A stretch of 64,000 nucleotides of DNA from Candidatus Thorarchaeota archaeon. GTDB taxonomy: Archaea > Asgardarchaeota > Thorarchaeia > Thorarchaeales > Thorarchaeaceae. The position numbers and the translations under genes are program-made. This document shows, piece after piece, positions 42,058 through 51,112 of the stretch (positions within the stretch are counted from its first letter, which is position 1; each line of letters opens with the position of its first letter). Location: contig JAOUFI010000002.1 in the NCBI GenBank assembly GCA_029858305.1, positions 1 through 64,000 of the forward strand, given 5' to 3'. Below the pieces are notes generated by a model. The model searched no databases. It was not told where the DNA came from and worked only from the letters and a program-made list of their open reading frames with translations.

Positions 42058-43260
42058 TTGACAGAAGGTAATGTGATTTCAGGTTACACCAAACCTGGCT
42101 TTGAATCTGTGCAAGAGGCATTTATTGAGAACTTTGAGCTCCGTAATGAACTGGGCGCCGCTTGTTGCATCTACTACCAAGGAGAAAAGGTAGTCGACTT
42201 GTGGGGTGGTATCAGGAATGAAGCCACTGGAGAGCCTTGGGAAGAAGATACAATGGTGCTTGTGTGGTCGACAACGAAGGGATTATCAGCTCTTACAATG
42301 GCACTTGCTCATTCGCAGGGATTATTTGACTACGATGAGCCTGTTTCTAAGTATTGGCCTGAATTTGCTCAACAGGGCAAGGAGAAAATTACAATCCGGC
42401 AGTTGTTTGCACACCAGGCTGGACTTGTTGCATTTGATGAACTCGGCGACAAGGAAGTCATTGCGAATATGGACCGCCTAGCAACGATCCTAGCCAGACA
42501 GAAACCAGCATGGAAGCCAGGAACACGACATGGATACCATGCTCTGACTCTAGGTTTCTACCAGAGCGAACTTTTACGCCGTGTTGATCCCAAAGGTCGT
42601 AGTCTAGGGAAATTTTTCCAGGATGAAATCGCCACTCCACTAGGCCTTGACTTCTACATTCGACTTCCTGAAGATATTCCAAATACTAGACTTGCTACTC
42701 TAAGGGCACCCAAATTCGGTATTTCAGCCATGCGCACTGCGCCAGTCAGGTTTATTCTTGCAGCAATTAATCCACGATCAATGGCCCGTCGTTCGTTAGT
42801 GGGAACTGAGTTTTGTCTGGATGAAGATCGTATCTATACCCGAAATTATGAAGTTCCTTCAGGAGGAGGAGTAGGAACAGCTCGTGCAATAGCTCATGCA
42901 TACGGTGTCTTCGCAGCAGGCGGAAAGGAGCTCGGGCTGCGAGAGGAAACGCTTCAGGAACTAAAGGCCCCACCTGTAGCTCCACTGCATGGATTTCGAG
43001 ATGTGGCCTTAAAGACAAATACATGCTACTCGCTTGGTTTTTCAAGATCCCTTCCGAAGGATCCATTCCGTCCCGCCAGCGCGTATGGGATGCCAGGGAC
43101 AGGAGGTTCATTTGGATTTGCAGACCCACAATATGAGATAGGATATGGATATGTCCTCAACGGATTTGGTACATCGTTTCCAACGGATCCAAGAAGCAAC
43201 GCTCTGTGTGCAGCAATGTATCGCTCAATTGGGGTAACAGATCTGTACTCGGATTTGTGA
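42058..43260 (+). CDS. Beta-lactamase-family serine hydrolase (family VIII esterase-like)
   Basis: WSTTK (SxxK), LFAHQAGL, GYHA and G.PGTGGS.GFADP. Confidence 0.88.
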   Translation: MTEGNVISGYTKPGFESVQEAFIENFELRNELGAACCIYYQGEKVVDLWGGIRNEATGEPWEEDTMVLVWSTTKGLSALTMALAHSQGLFDYDEPVSKYWPEFAQQGKEKITIRQLFAHQAGLVAFDELGDKEVIANMDRLATILARQKPAWKPGTRHGYHALTLGFYQSELLRRVDPKGRSLGKFFQDEIATPLGLDFYIRLPEDIPNTRLATLRAPKFGISAMRTAPVRFILAAINPRSMARRSLVGTEFCLDEDRIYTRNYEVPSGGGVGTARAIAHAYGVFAAGGKELGLREETLQELKAPPVAPLHGFRDVALKTNTCYSLGFSRSLPKDPFRPASAYGMPGTGGSFGFADPQYEIGYGYVLNGFGTSFPTDPRSNALCAAMYRSIGVTDLYSDL

Positions 43261-43294
43261 CAGGAACCATGCGCTAGCAACCGGTCGGATTAAG

Positions 43295-43957
43295 ATGGTA
43301 GAAACAACGAAGAGATTGCGAAAGCTCTCATTCATCTGTGGGATTCTCTCTTCGCTTCTGTATTTCTGTGCTGATATACTCGGAGGCATGATTTGGGGTA
43401 ACTATGATTTTACAACTCAATATATTAGTGAGCTAAGTGCCATCGATGCTTCTTCAAGATCATTCGTTGTTTCGTTGTATATCTTGTATAATATTATTGT
43501 AATCCCATTTGCATTAGGAGTATTGAGATTTGCTGGCAGAAAACGAGTTCTGCGCATAACTGGAGGTATGCTTATTGGATACATAGCCACTGGCTTGGCA
43601 GGATTATTCTTCCCAATGGATCCCAGTGGGACCGCAACAACCTTTACCAACATTATGCACCAGATTTTCGCTGGTGTGATTGTTTTCTTCATTTTGCTAT
43701 CACTAGGGTTTGGAGCTGCTGCATTCGCAACGTGGTTCCGCTACTATTCGATTGGAATTATTCTAGTATACCTCGTACTGGGGGCTTTGCCCTTCTTGAG
43801 TGTTGTCCAATTTGAAGCTGGTCAGCCAATACCCTGGGTCGGGCTTGTGGAACGCATGATGGTCTATGGCTATGTGCTATGGGTGTCAGTACTATCCCTT
43901 GTCCTCATGCGTATGGTAAGGGACGAAACTCAATTGACAGCAGCAATATCCAATTAA
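43295..43957 (+). CDS. DUF998-like membrane protein
   Basis: QYISELSA, FPMD...MH and GLVER; about six TM segments. Confidence 0.75.
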   Translation: MVETTKRLRKLSFICGILSSLLYFCADILGGMIWGNYDFTTQYISELSAIDASSRSFVVSLYILYNIIVIPFALGVLRFAGRKRVLRITGGMLIGYIATGLAGLFFPMDPSGTATTFTNIMHQIFAGVIVFFILLSLGFGAAAFATWFRYYSIGIILVYLVLGALPFLSVVQFEAGQPIPWVGLVERMMVYGYVLWVSVLSLVLMRMVRDETQLTAAISN

Positions 43958-44103
43958 TCGGTCAATGCAATCTGTAGCAGAAGGGAATTATCGCAGCGTA
44001 GATGTGCATCTTTATTTAGATGCAAAATTCGAATCGGTTGGAAGACAATCGACATTCGCGTGTGTGTCGATTGAGGAGAAAACTTTCTAGCCGGTGAAAA
44101 AGT

Positions 44104-45207
44104 ATGAAGAATTTTAGAGTTGTCTTCTTGACTTCGCTATTAGTCACACTCCTTTTGAATGGAATTATTGGAAGTGTTGCGAGTACTACATTAAATCAAA
44201 GCGTAGAACTCAAAGAAATAGGACAATTGGATACCAATGGGTGGGCTGCTAATGTACAGGTGCAAGATAATATTGCATATGTTTCTGATACAATAACTGG
44301 CCTGCACATCATCAATATTTCTAATCCTCAAAATCCAACTGAGTTAGGGCAGTATAATGAGGATGTCGCCGAGCTTCATGAAATGCTAGTTGATGGAAAC
44401 CTAGTGTATCTCGCAGATTACACTTATGGTTTCAAAATCCTCAATATTTCTGATCCCAAGAATCCTACACTTGAGAGTTATTTCCACGATGGGGGAGAAG
44501 TTGGTAGATTCGAGATTGCTGGAAACCTCGTCTTCATAGTTGATTTTGTTTCGGGACTGGAAATTATCAACATCAGTGATCTTACGAATCTTACAGAACT
44601 TGTTCAGTACAATACAGACATCAATTACATGTACAATATTGAAATAAACAATGATTTGGCTTATGTTTCAAATTTCATTTCTAGCACTGAATCAAAAATT
44701 AAAATCCTAAATATTTCGGATATATACTCTATTGATGAAATAGCAGAGTACACAATTGCTGGCGAACCTTTTACAATCGAATTCACTGGAGATATTGCCT
44801 ATTCAGTGTGTTCGTTTGGTGGTGTAAAAATTTTCAACATTAGCAATCCACTTTCTTTGCACGAATTGGGTAGTTATGATGATGGTGGAAATGCTGTTGC
44901 AATAGATTTCTATGAAGGATATGCGATTATCGCTGATCGTGATGATGGGGTGGAAGTTCTTGATGTTTCTACTCCTACCGCACCAATTGAAATTGCTGGT
45001 TATCTCGATGGAGGAAGTGCGGCAGGAGTTCATGTCGTTGGCAACCTGATATATGTGGCTGATGGAGAAAATGGTCTTGAAATCCTTCAAATCGAAATCA
45101 ACACAACAGGTACAACTACACCAGACATAACAAGCATCCTCTTAATTGTGAGTGCAGCGGGAATCATTGTGATTATTGTAGTAGTAGTGAAAAGGAGAGA
45201 GAGTTGA
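44104..45207 (+). CDS. Secreted LVIVD-repeat beta-propeller with C-terminal membrane anchor
   Basis: Repeated AY(V/L)AD...GL.I.(N/D)IS.P.NP units, a signal peptide, a Thr-rich linker, a TM helix and KRR. AT-rich. Confidence 0.85.
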   Translation: MKNFRVVFLTSLLVTLLLNGIIGSVASTTLNQSVELKEIGQLDTNGWAANVQVQDNIAYVSDTITGLHIINISNPQNPTELGQYNEDVAELHEMLVDGNLVYLADYTYGFKILNISDPKNPTLESYFHDGGEVGRFEIAGNLVFIVDFVSGLEIINISDLTNLTELVQYNTDINYMYNIEINNDLAYVSNFISSTESKIKILNISDIYSIDEIAEYTIAGEPFTIEFTGDIAYSVCSFGGVKIFNISNPLSLHELGSYDDGGNAVAIDFYEGYAIIADRDDGVEVLDVSTPTAPIEIAGYLDGGSAAGVHVVGNLIYVADGENGLEILQIEINTTGTTTPDITSILLIVSAAGIIVIIVVVVKRRES

Positions 45208-45402
45208 AATCAAAGAAGGGTGAATAATAAGGTCTGAAGAGCTGATGCCACAAGTCACCTCCGAAGATACATAAGATGTGGAATTTCCCGCAGGAATGAA
45301 TCGACATCAGCCAGATACTCGATATTCACATGCAAATAAGCAATTGTAATGGCTTTTTTTGTGTGTCTGATTTCTAGTCATAAAACAAGAATGATGATAA
45401 TT

Positions 45403-45429
45403 TGGTGGACCGGGCGAGATTTGAACTCG
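45403..45429 (-). repeat. 27-bp duplication of the tRNA-Ala 3' end (att-like site)
   Basis: TGGTGGACCGGGCGAGATTTGAACTCG is identical to 45988-46014. Confidence 0.9.
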
Positions 45430-45508
45430 AGATATTCTCTACGCAATTTGATTGAACCAAAACCAAAAAAGACTATTTTCACAATATATCAATTGGAGAG
45501 TTCATTAG

Positions 45509-45976
45509 TTGAAGAGGTGCATATATCGAGAATATGGAAATCTACTGATAACCATTGGTTTGGCACTATTTCTAACCTACATTATCATCGTTTCCTATTG
45601 GCTCAGAGATCCAATTACATTTTCAAGACCCTCGTATACTAATGATCCTCGTACATTTGTCATTCGTAGTTTCTTTCCACTTGGTCTCACCTTTACTTGC
45701 GGTGGAGTAGTCATTCGGACAATGTACAGAGAGGGAATTCTATTTCTGACCAGAGCTGATGAACCCATACATTCTGGTAAACCTTGGTACAAAGGATCTG
45801 AATCAGGATTGTTCATAACCTCTTGCGGGCTTGTCGTTTCTACAAATGAAATGTCAAATGCTACAGCTCATGCAGGATATAGGATTGTTTCGGTGAAATG
45901 TGCTACCCATGGGGATTGTGTTGTCAAAGAGGGAAAAGATGTATTGGATAGTGCTTCCACTCACAGATCCTGGTAA
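45509..45976 (+). CDS. Hypothetical two-TM protein between the att-like repeats
   Basis: Two hydrophobic segments. Weak TTG start directly after a stop, so the N-terminus is uncertain. Confidence 0.4.
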   Translation: MKRCIYREYGNLLITIGLALFLTYIIIVSYWLRDPITFSRPSYTNDPRTFVIRSFFPLGLTFTCGGVVIRTMYREGILFLTRADEPIHSGKPWYKGSESGLFITSCGLVVSTNEMSNATAHAGYRIVSVKCATHGDCVVKEGKDVLDSASTHRSW

Positions 45977-45987
45977 AATGAAGAAAA

Positions 45988-46064
45988 TGGTGGACCGGGC
46001 GAGATTTGAACTCGCGGCCTCATGGATGCAAACCATGCGATCTGCCGGGCTAATCTACCGGCCC
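45988..46064 (-). tRNA. tRNA-Ala(UGC)
   Basis: GGGCCGG acceptor stem with G3:U70, anticodon arm CATGG-TT-TGC-AT-CCATG, GTTCAAATC T-loop and encoded CCA. No intron. Confidence 0.96.
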
Positions 46065-46095
46065 ACTGATAATGAGGAGTCAATTATTGAGTGTT

Positions 46096-46710
46096 TTAAC
46101 CCTTACGCTCTGATATGTCCTCACGCAGGGTGTCGAGCCATAAGGGGGCTCCCTTCAGCAGAGATGCTTGTTCAGGGGTGAGCTCCTCATACTTGACCAG
46201 AGTCATGTCATCGGGCAGGATTCCACTGACTCCAGCAGGATCCTCCATCACTAGTGTGAAGGGTAGCTCACCGCGAAGTGCAGCTTTCATCTCTTCGAGT
46301 ATCTCGGATGCGCGCATTCGCTCTTCTTCAAGTTCAGCGAATCCGCCCGCAGTTTCAACCACAGCACGCACTCTGAATAAAAGACCTTCAACATTGGAAA
46401 TAAAAGCATCAGCCGCAGGACCAGGTTCTACATCGATTCCCCACTCAAGAAAACGATAGGTACAGGAGCTAGAGCGAACTACTCTTACATTTAGAAGTGA
46501 TACATCGTCGACATATAATGTGAATCGCGAAGGGTTTCTCTGCTCAGCTGAAAACACATCATTATGACTAAATCCGCAAGCAGGACAATGGACCATAAAC
46601 ATAGCAAGCTCATTGAAGAAGGGAACGCTATAGAGCATAGAACGCACTTCAAGCTCACCCATATCACATACTGGACATTTGGATGTATTCTCATTTTCCG
46701 ATGACATCAT
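46096..46710 (-). CDS. ZPR1 zinc-finger protein
   Basis: CPVC...VPFF....CPACGF, VVRSS, VEPGP, SNVEGLL and EDPAGVS. Confidence 0.9.
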   Translation of the reverse strand: MMSSENENTSKCPVCDMGELEVRSMLYSVPFFNELAMFMVHCPACGFSHNDVFSAEQRNPSRFTLYVDDVSLLNVRVVRSSSCTYRFLEWGIDVEPGPAADAFISNVEGLLFRVRAVVETAGGFAELEEERMRASEILEEMKAALRGELPFTLVMEDPAGVSGILPDDMTLVKYEELTPEQASLLKGAPLWLDTLREDISERKG

Positions 46711-46910
46711 GACCCGAAAAACCTGAAACTGGTTGTCCTATAAGCCTGACCATCTAGCAGTATAAACCTAAGATAGATACTTTGGGATATATCACTATAA
46801 TACTCAAAAGCAAGCAGGAACTAGTTATGGCAGTGCACGCCCGCACAACGTGATAGTCTATAAGAGATGTCAGACTAGAAGAGAATAGGCAAAGAGAGAG
46901 GAATCACCCA

Positions 46911-48110
46911 ATGGAAATAAACAGTATCTACATCATCAAACGCGATACTGGGGTGTGTATGTATCATAAGGATTTCACAGGTTCAGGATTTGACCCCCAA
47001 CTCCTCTCTTCGTTCCTTGTAGCAATGACATCATTCTTTGACGAGGCTACGCGTTCGCTCAAGTCCCAAGCACGTGCATTCGAGGGCATAGATTATACGA
47101 TTGTCGTTGAGTTTGGAGACTGGACGCTAGGTGCGGTTTCAACTACAATTGATAATCAGCATGTTAGGAATAAACTCAAACGAACTGTAAGAAAATTTGA
47201 AGAACAATTTGCTGTTTTGAAGTGGGTTGAGCTTGACCTTGCTGTCCATACCCGATTCGAACAGACCGTCATGAATGAGTTTGTTCGGGAAAATATCTTG
47301 CCAGAAACACTGATTGCCGTGCGACCTGAGTGGGAGCATCTCACAAGGCGACCGGATGTTATTTCATTTCTCAGACTTATTCCCGATATCTGTTCTATCC
47401 AAGATGCCTCATCCTTTTTGGAAGTCCCCGTTGAAATAGCAATGAATCTTGCAGCAGAAGCCCTCTGGGAAGGCGTCATAATAGTCACAAATCCTGTAAA
47501 GCCAGATGATATCTATCAGAGTACATCACTTACTCCTACTGAAGGAGCATTAGATCATCTCTCACCAGAGGCAGCAAGAACTCTCTCAGAACTAGATGGG
47601 GAAACCCCGTTATCAATTGCAGCCGAGAGAATGAGAACTGAAGATTTGAAACGCTTTCTTGAGGACGTGGCATGGCTTAAGGAACGTAAAATGGTTGAGC
47701 TTGTTTCGCCATCACAGGCAGTAGTTGTGCGTTATTCTTCTGCGCTTCAAATTCTATTAAAAAGACTTGCAGATATTGTGGGATTCGTTCCAATTAGGAA
47801 AATTTTCTTAAAAGCTCGTGAAGAGTTGGTAGTTCATTATCCTTGGCTTAAATTTGTGACACTTGAGGAAGGTGTGGACATTGATATGAGAAGTTCGCTT
47901 CTTTCTGCAACCTTAAGAGGATCAATTTCTCCTGATGCAATAGATGATGGTTTTCGAGTTTTCATTCAATTCATCACGAGGATGGTAAAGGATCTTCTAG
48001 GTGCAAAACCAGTAAACAAGATTCTCTTTAATACCAAAAATGAAATTGAACAAAAATTTCCAAGTACAGTTTTCCACATTGAGTGGGAATCCTTCCTTGT
48101 CAGAGGTTGA
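46911..48110 (+). CDS. Longin-like N-terminal domain protein with downstream winged-helix-like repeats
   Basis: IYIIKRDTGVCMY...DPQLLSSFLVAM.SF.E is typical of Asgard longin-like domains. LDGETPLS.A resembles a WH segment. Confidence 0.65.
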   Translation: MEINSIYIIKRDTGVCMYHKDFTGSGFDPQLLSSFLVAMTSFFDEATRSLKSQARAFEGIDYTIVVEFGDWTLGAVSTTIDNQHVRNKLKRTVRKFEEQFAVLKWVELDLAVHTRFEQTVMNEFVRENILPETLIAVRPEWEHLTRRPDVISFLRLIPDICSIQDASSFLEVPVEIAMNLAAEALWEGVIIVTNPVKPDDIYQSTSLTPTEGALDHLSPEAARTLSELDGETPLSIAAERMRTEDLKRFLEDVAWLKERKMVELVSPSQAVVVRYSSALQILLKRLADIVGFVPIRKIFLKAREELVVHYPWLKFVTLEEGVDIDMRSSLLSATLRGSISPDAIDDGFRVFIQFITRMVKDLLGAKPVNKILFNTKNEIEQKFPSTVFHIEWESFLVRG

Positions 48111-48985
48111 TTTTAGGTAAATATCCATTCCTCATACCATCAGCACAATATACAAATCCCATGAAATACGGATGTCGTAGTAGCTATGTGAGGAGTAGGA
48201 AACACGTGCAACAAACAAGATGGTCTGACACAGTTCCAATCTTTATCTTGGGACTAGGCATACTTCTTGTCTTTTTGTTCCTTCCATTAGCAGGCTTTGA
48301 TAATGCTCTATCTATCGTTTCTTTGATATTGACGCCCTTGATTGCCTTCATGCTAGGTATTTTTGGTCTACGGATATTTGGTCGAGGTTCAGAGGAGAGA
48401 GAAGATCAGATTCAAACTCTATACCTCTGGCTATCAATCGGTCTACTAATGTTATCTCTCTCAGAGCTAGCAACAAGTATAGTCAAGACTATTCAAAGTC
48501 CACTACCAATTGAAGTAACTGTTGGGCTTGTTCAGATGCCTGGATTACTTCTGTGGGGATTTGGAATATTGCAGTATCTTCGCTCAGTAAATTCAGCTCT
48601 CGAATTATTAAATAGTGATAGACTCTGGAGTGTCCTGCTAATTGGAACTACACTTGCTACGCTATTTCTCGTTGTGATAAACGCAGTCTACAATCCATTG
48701 ATTGGAAGTATTGAGAGCATAGTGATGTCGCCACTCGTTATCGGATTGGTGCTTTTTACATCTGTTACTCTCGGACTTGTCTGGATTTTTAGGCAAGGTG
48801 AATTTGCCAAATCTTTGGTTCTAATCTTCATTGGTTTCTTCATATACCTCATTCGCACAGCTCAATGGGCGTTGGCAACGTCAATATTGGGCAATCCATC
48901 GAATAGTTTGTTTGCTCTTGAAGCGTTCATGTTCTTTGGAGCTGCATTTATTCTAGCACGAAATCTTGGTAATCCCAGCCAGTGA
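48083..48985 (+). CDS. Multi-pass membrane protein; true start probably GTG at 48206
   Basis: About eight hydrophobic segments. Confidence 0.7.
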   Translation: MGILPCQRLILGKYPFLIPSAQYTNPMKYGCRSSYVRSRKHVQQTRWSDTVPIFILGLGILLVFLFLPLAGFDNALSIVSLILTPLIAFMLGIFGLRIFGRGSEEREDQIQTLYLWLSIGLLMLSLSELATSIVKTIQSPLPIEVTVGLVQMPGLLLWGFGILQYLRSVNSALELLNSDRLWSVLLIGTTLATLFLVVINAVYNPLIGSIESIVMSPLVIGLVLFTSVTLGLVWIFRQGEFAKSLVLIFIGFFIYLIRTAQWALATSILGNPSNSLFALEAFMFFGAAFILARNLGNPSQ

Positions 48986-49000
48986 GTATGAATGTACATC

Positions 49001-51112
49001 TTATTTTCCAGCACCTGATTCAGATCCTTTAGTACTCTTGGTGTTTCCAAGCACCTTTTGGAGCATTTCTCGCATTTGTGGGGGAATGGAATCAGGATCA
49101 TTCTCCAATCGTACTCTTAGTTTTTCTAGCATCTCAGGTGGAATATTCTCATGTGATCCCATCATCTCACTCATCGCGCTCATAGCCATACTACCCATTC
49201 CCATCACCATGCTAGGAACTAGAGGTTCAGGCTTTTCTCCACCATGCTCAGTGACAACTGCCTTTGCTACTTCTGCTACCTCCTCTGTGATTTCTTCAAG
49301 ACCCTGATGTGCATAATATGTTTCGTACAAAGACTTGAATACTCCATCCTTTGCGAGTAGTTCTTCATGCGTACCTTGTTCTACCAAGACACCATGATCA
49401 AATACCAACACTCTAGATGCATTTGCAATTGTCGTCAATCGATGCGCAATCACAATCGTTGTACGATTATTGAAAAGCAACTCCTGAGCATCCTGAACAA
49501 GAGATTCGCTATATGCATCTAATCGGCTTGTTGCTTCATCCAAAATCAGAATCTTTGGATTCGCAAGCATAGTACGAGCGATAGTGACCATCTGGCGTTG
49601 GCCAGCACTAAGATTCTTCCCACTCTGAATAATCTGGGTGTGATATCCATTTGCTAGTACTTCGATGAACTCATTCGCACCAATTATCTTACAAAGCTCA
49701 ATTATCTCATCATCAGTTGCGTCAACGTTTCCATATCTAATGTTCTCCATGATAGTGTCATCAAACAAGTATGGCTCTTGAGGGATGAGCGACATAGCAT
49801 GACGGAGGGAGTGCAGCTGGACATCGCGTATATTTTGATCACCAATGAAAATGCCACCTTGCAGAGGATCATAGAATCTGTTTACTAGAGCTGCAATAGT
49901 CGTCTTTCCAGCTCCCGTGTGGCCAACAATAGCCACCGTTTCACCAGGATTGATTGAGAAGGTGACATTCTTGAGAACAGGTGTGTCCTTGATGTACTCG
50001 AATACGACATTCTTAAAGTAGATACCATCACTCTCTTCACGTAGGGGAACTGCACCCGATGCGTCTACAATAGCTGCTTTTGATTCTAGAACATCAGTCA
50101 CTCGATCCATTGCAGCTAATGAAGATTGGACTTGAGTAGCCATCATGCTAAGTCCAAGAAGCGGAAACATGATTCCGCGCACCAATGATACAGCGAGAAA
50201 TATGTCTCCGAGTGAGAGCACTGGAAGTACACCAACCGCCAAAGATCCTGCTACAAACAGCATTGCAGCAACAGCGAACTGACCTATAGACATCATCAAA
50301 GGTTGCATCGAAGTCATCAAGATCATAAATCTGAAACCATATTTGTACGCTTTCTGGTTTAGTGACATCATATGTTCTGCAAGCTCAGTTTCACGATTGA
50401 ATGCTTTAGCAACATGTATTCCACCTAGGTTTTCTGCGATTTGACCTGAAACCTCTCCAGAGGCACGTTGGGAGGCGAGCATGATTCTCTGTCCTACTGT
50501 ACCAAAGAGACCTGCAATAAACAAGATACCTGGTACGACAACAAGAGATGTCAAGGCAAGATATGGTGACATCAACCAGAGAAGAATAAAAGATGCTCCA
50601 AGCGTCAAGGCTTGGCTGGCAAAGTTAATCAAAACTTGGATTCCTGTACTAAGATTCGTCGCATCACTTGTAACTCTTGATGTGACATTCCCAGCTTGCT
50701 CAGCTTTGTGGTAGGATAGATCAGCTGCGACTAAATGTTTGTACACATCCTCTTGGACACTCTGAACAAGCCCAGCCTGTGCAATCGACATGATCCAGGT
50801 ATTCACTCCACCCATAACCCAGGACACGACAGAGAGGGCCAAGAAGAGAATAGTTAGAGAAAGTAGGATATTAAAAGAGCCCACAAGATTAACTGAGTTA
50901 ATCCCGTCTCTCAAGACAAGGGGAATTATCACACCAACAATTGTTGCTACGAGAGAGAGTATTGCACCTATAATGACAATACGTTTGAAATTACCCAGAT
51001 AATGTACCATTCTACCAAGAAGAACTCTTATTGGACGACTCCTCTTCTCCTTCTTTCCCATGAGACCTCGAGGACCTCCACGTGGCCCCATTGGTCCGTG
51101 CATGCCCATCAA
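49001..51112 (-). CDS. ABC exporter TMD-NBD subunit with consensus catalytic residues
   Basis: GHTGAGKT, LSAGQRQ, LDEAT and IAHRL; Met/Gly-rich termini. Confidence 0.92.
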   Translation of the reverse strand: MMGMHGPMGPRGGPRGLMGKKEKRSRPIRVLLGRMVHYLGNFKRIVIIGAILSLVATIVGVIIPLVLRDGINSVNLVGSFNILLSLTILFLALSVVSWVMGGVNTWIMSIAQAGLVQSVQEDVYKHLVAADLSYHKAEQAGNVTSRVTSDATNLSTGIQVLINFASQALTLGASFILLWLMSPYLALTSLVVVPGILFIAGLFGTVGQRIMLASQRASGEVSGQIAENLGGIHVAKAFNRETELAEHMMSLNQKAYKYGFRFMILMTSMQPLMMSIGQFAVAAMLFVAGSLAVGVLPVLSLGDIFLAVSLVRGIMFPLLGLSMMATQVQSSLAAMDRVTDVLESKAAIVDASGAVPLREESDGIYFKNVVFEYIKDTPVLKNVTFSINPGETVAIVGHTGAGKTTIAALVNRFYDPLQGGIFIGDQNIRDVQLHSLRHAMSLIPQEPYLFDDTIMENIRYGNVDATDDEIIELCKIIGANEFIEVLANGYHTQIIQSGKNLSAGQRQMVTIARTMLANPKILILDEATSRLDAYSESLVQDAQELLFNNRTTIVIAHRLTTIANASRVLVFDHGVLVEQGTHEELLAKDGVFKSLYETYYAHQGLEEITEEVAEVAKAVVTEHGGEKPEPLVPSMVMGMGSMAMSAMSEMMGSHENIPPEMLEKLRVRLENDPDSIPPQMREMLQKVLGNTKSTKGSESGAGK

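Noticed and set aside
45349-46181. ORFs 45349-45642, 45854-46036 and 45900-46181
   Set aside because: They overlap the tRNA or its duplicated 3' end and lack protein-like motifs.
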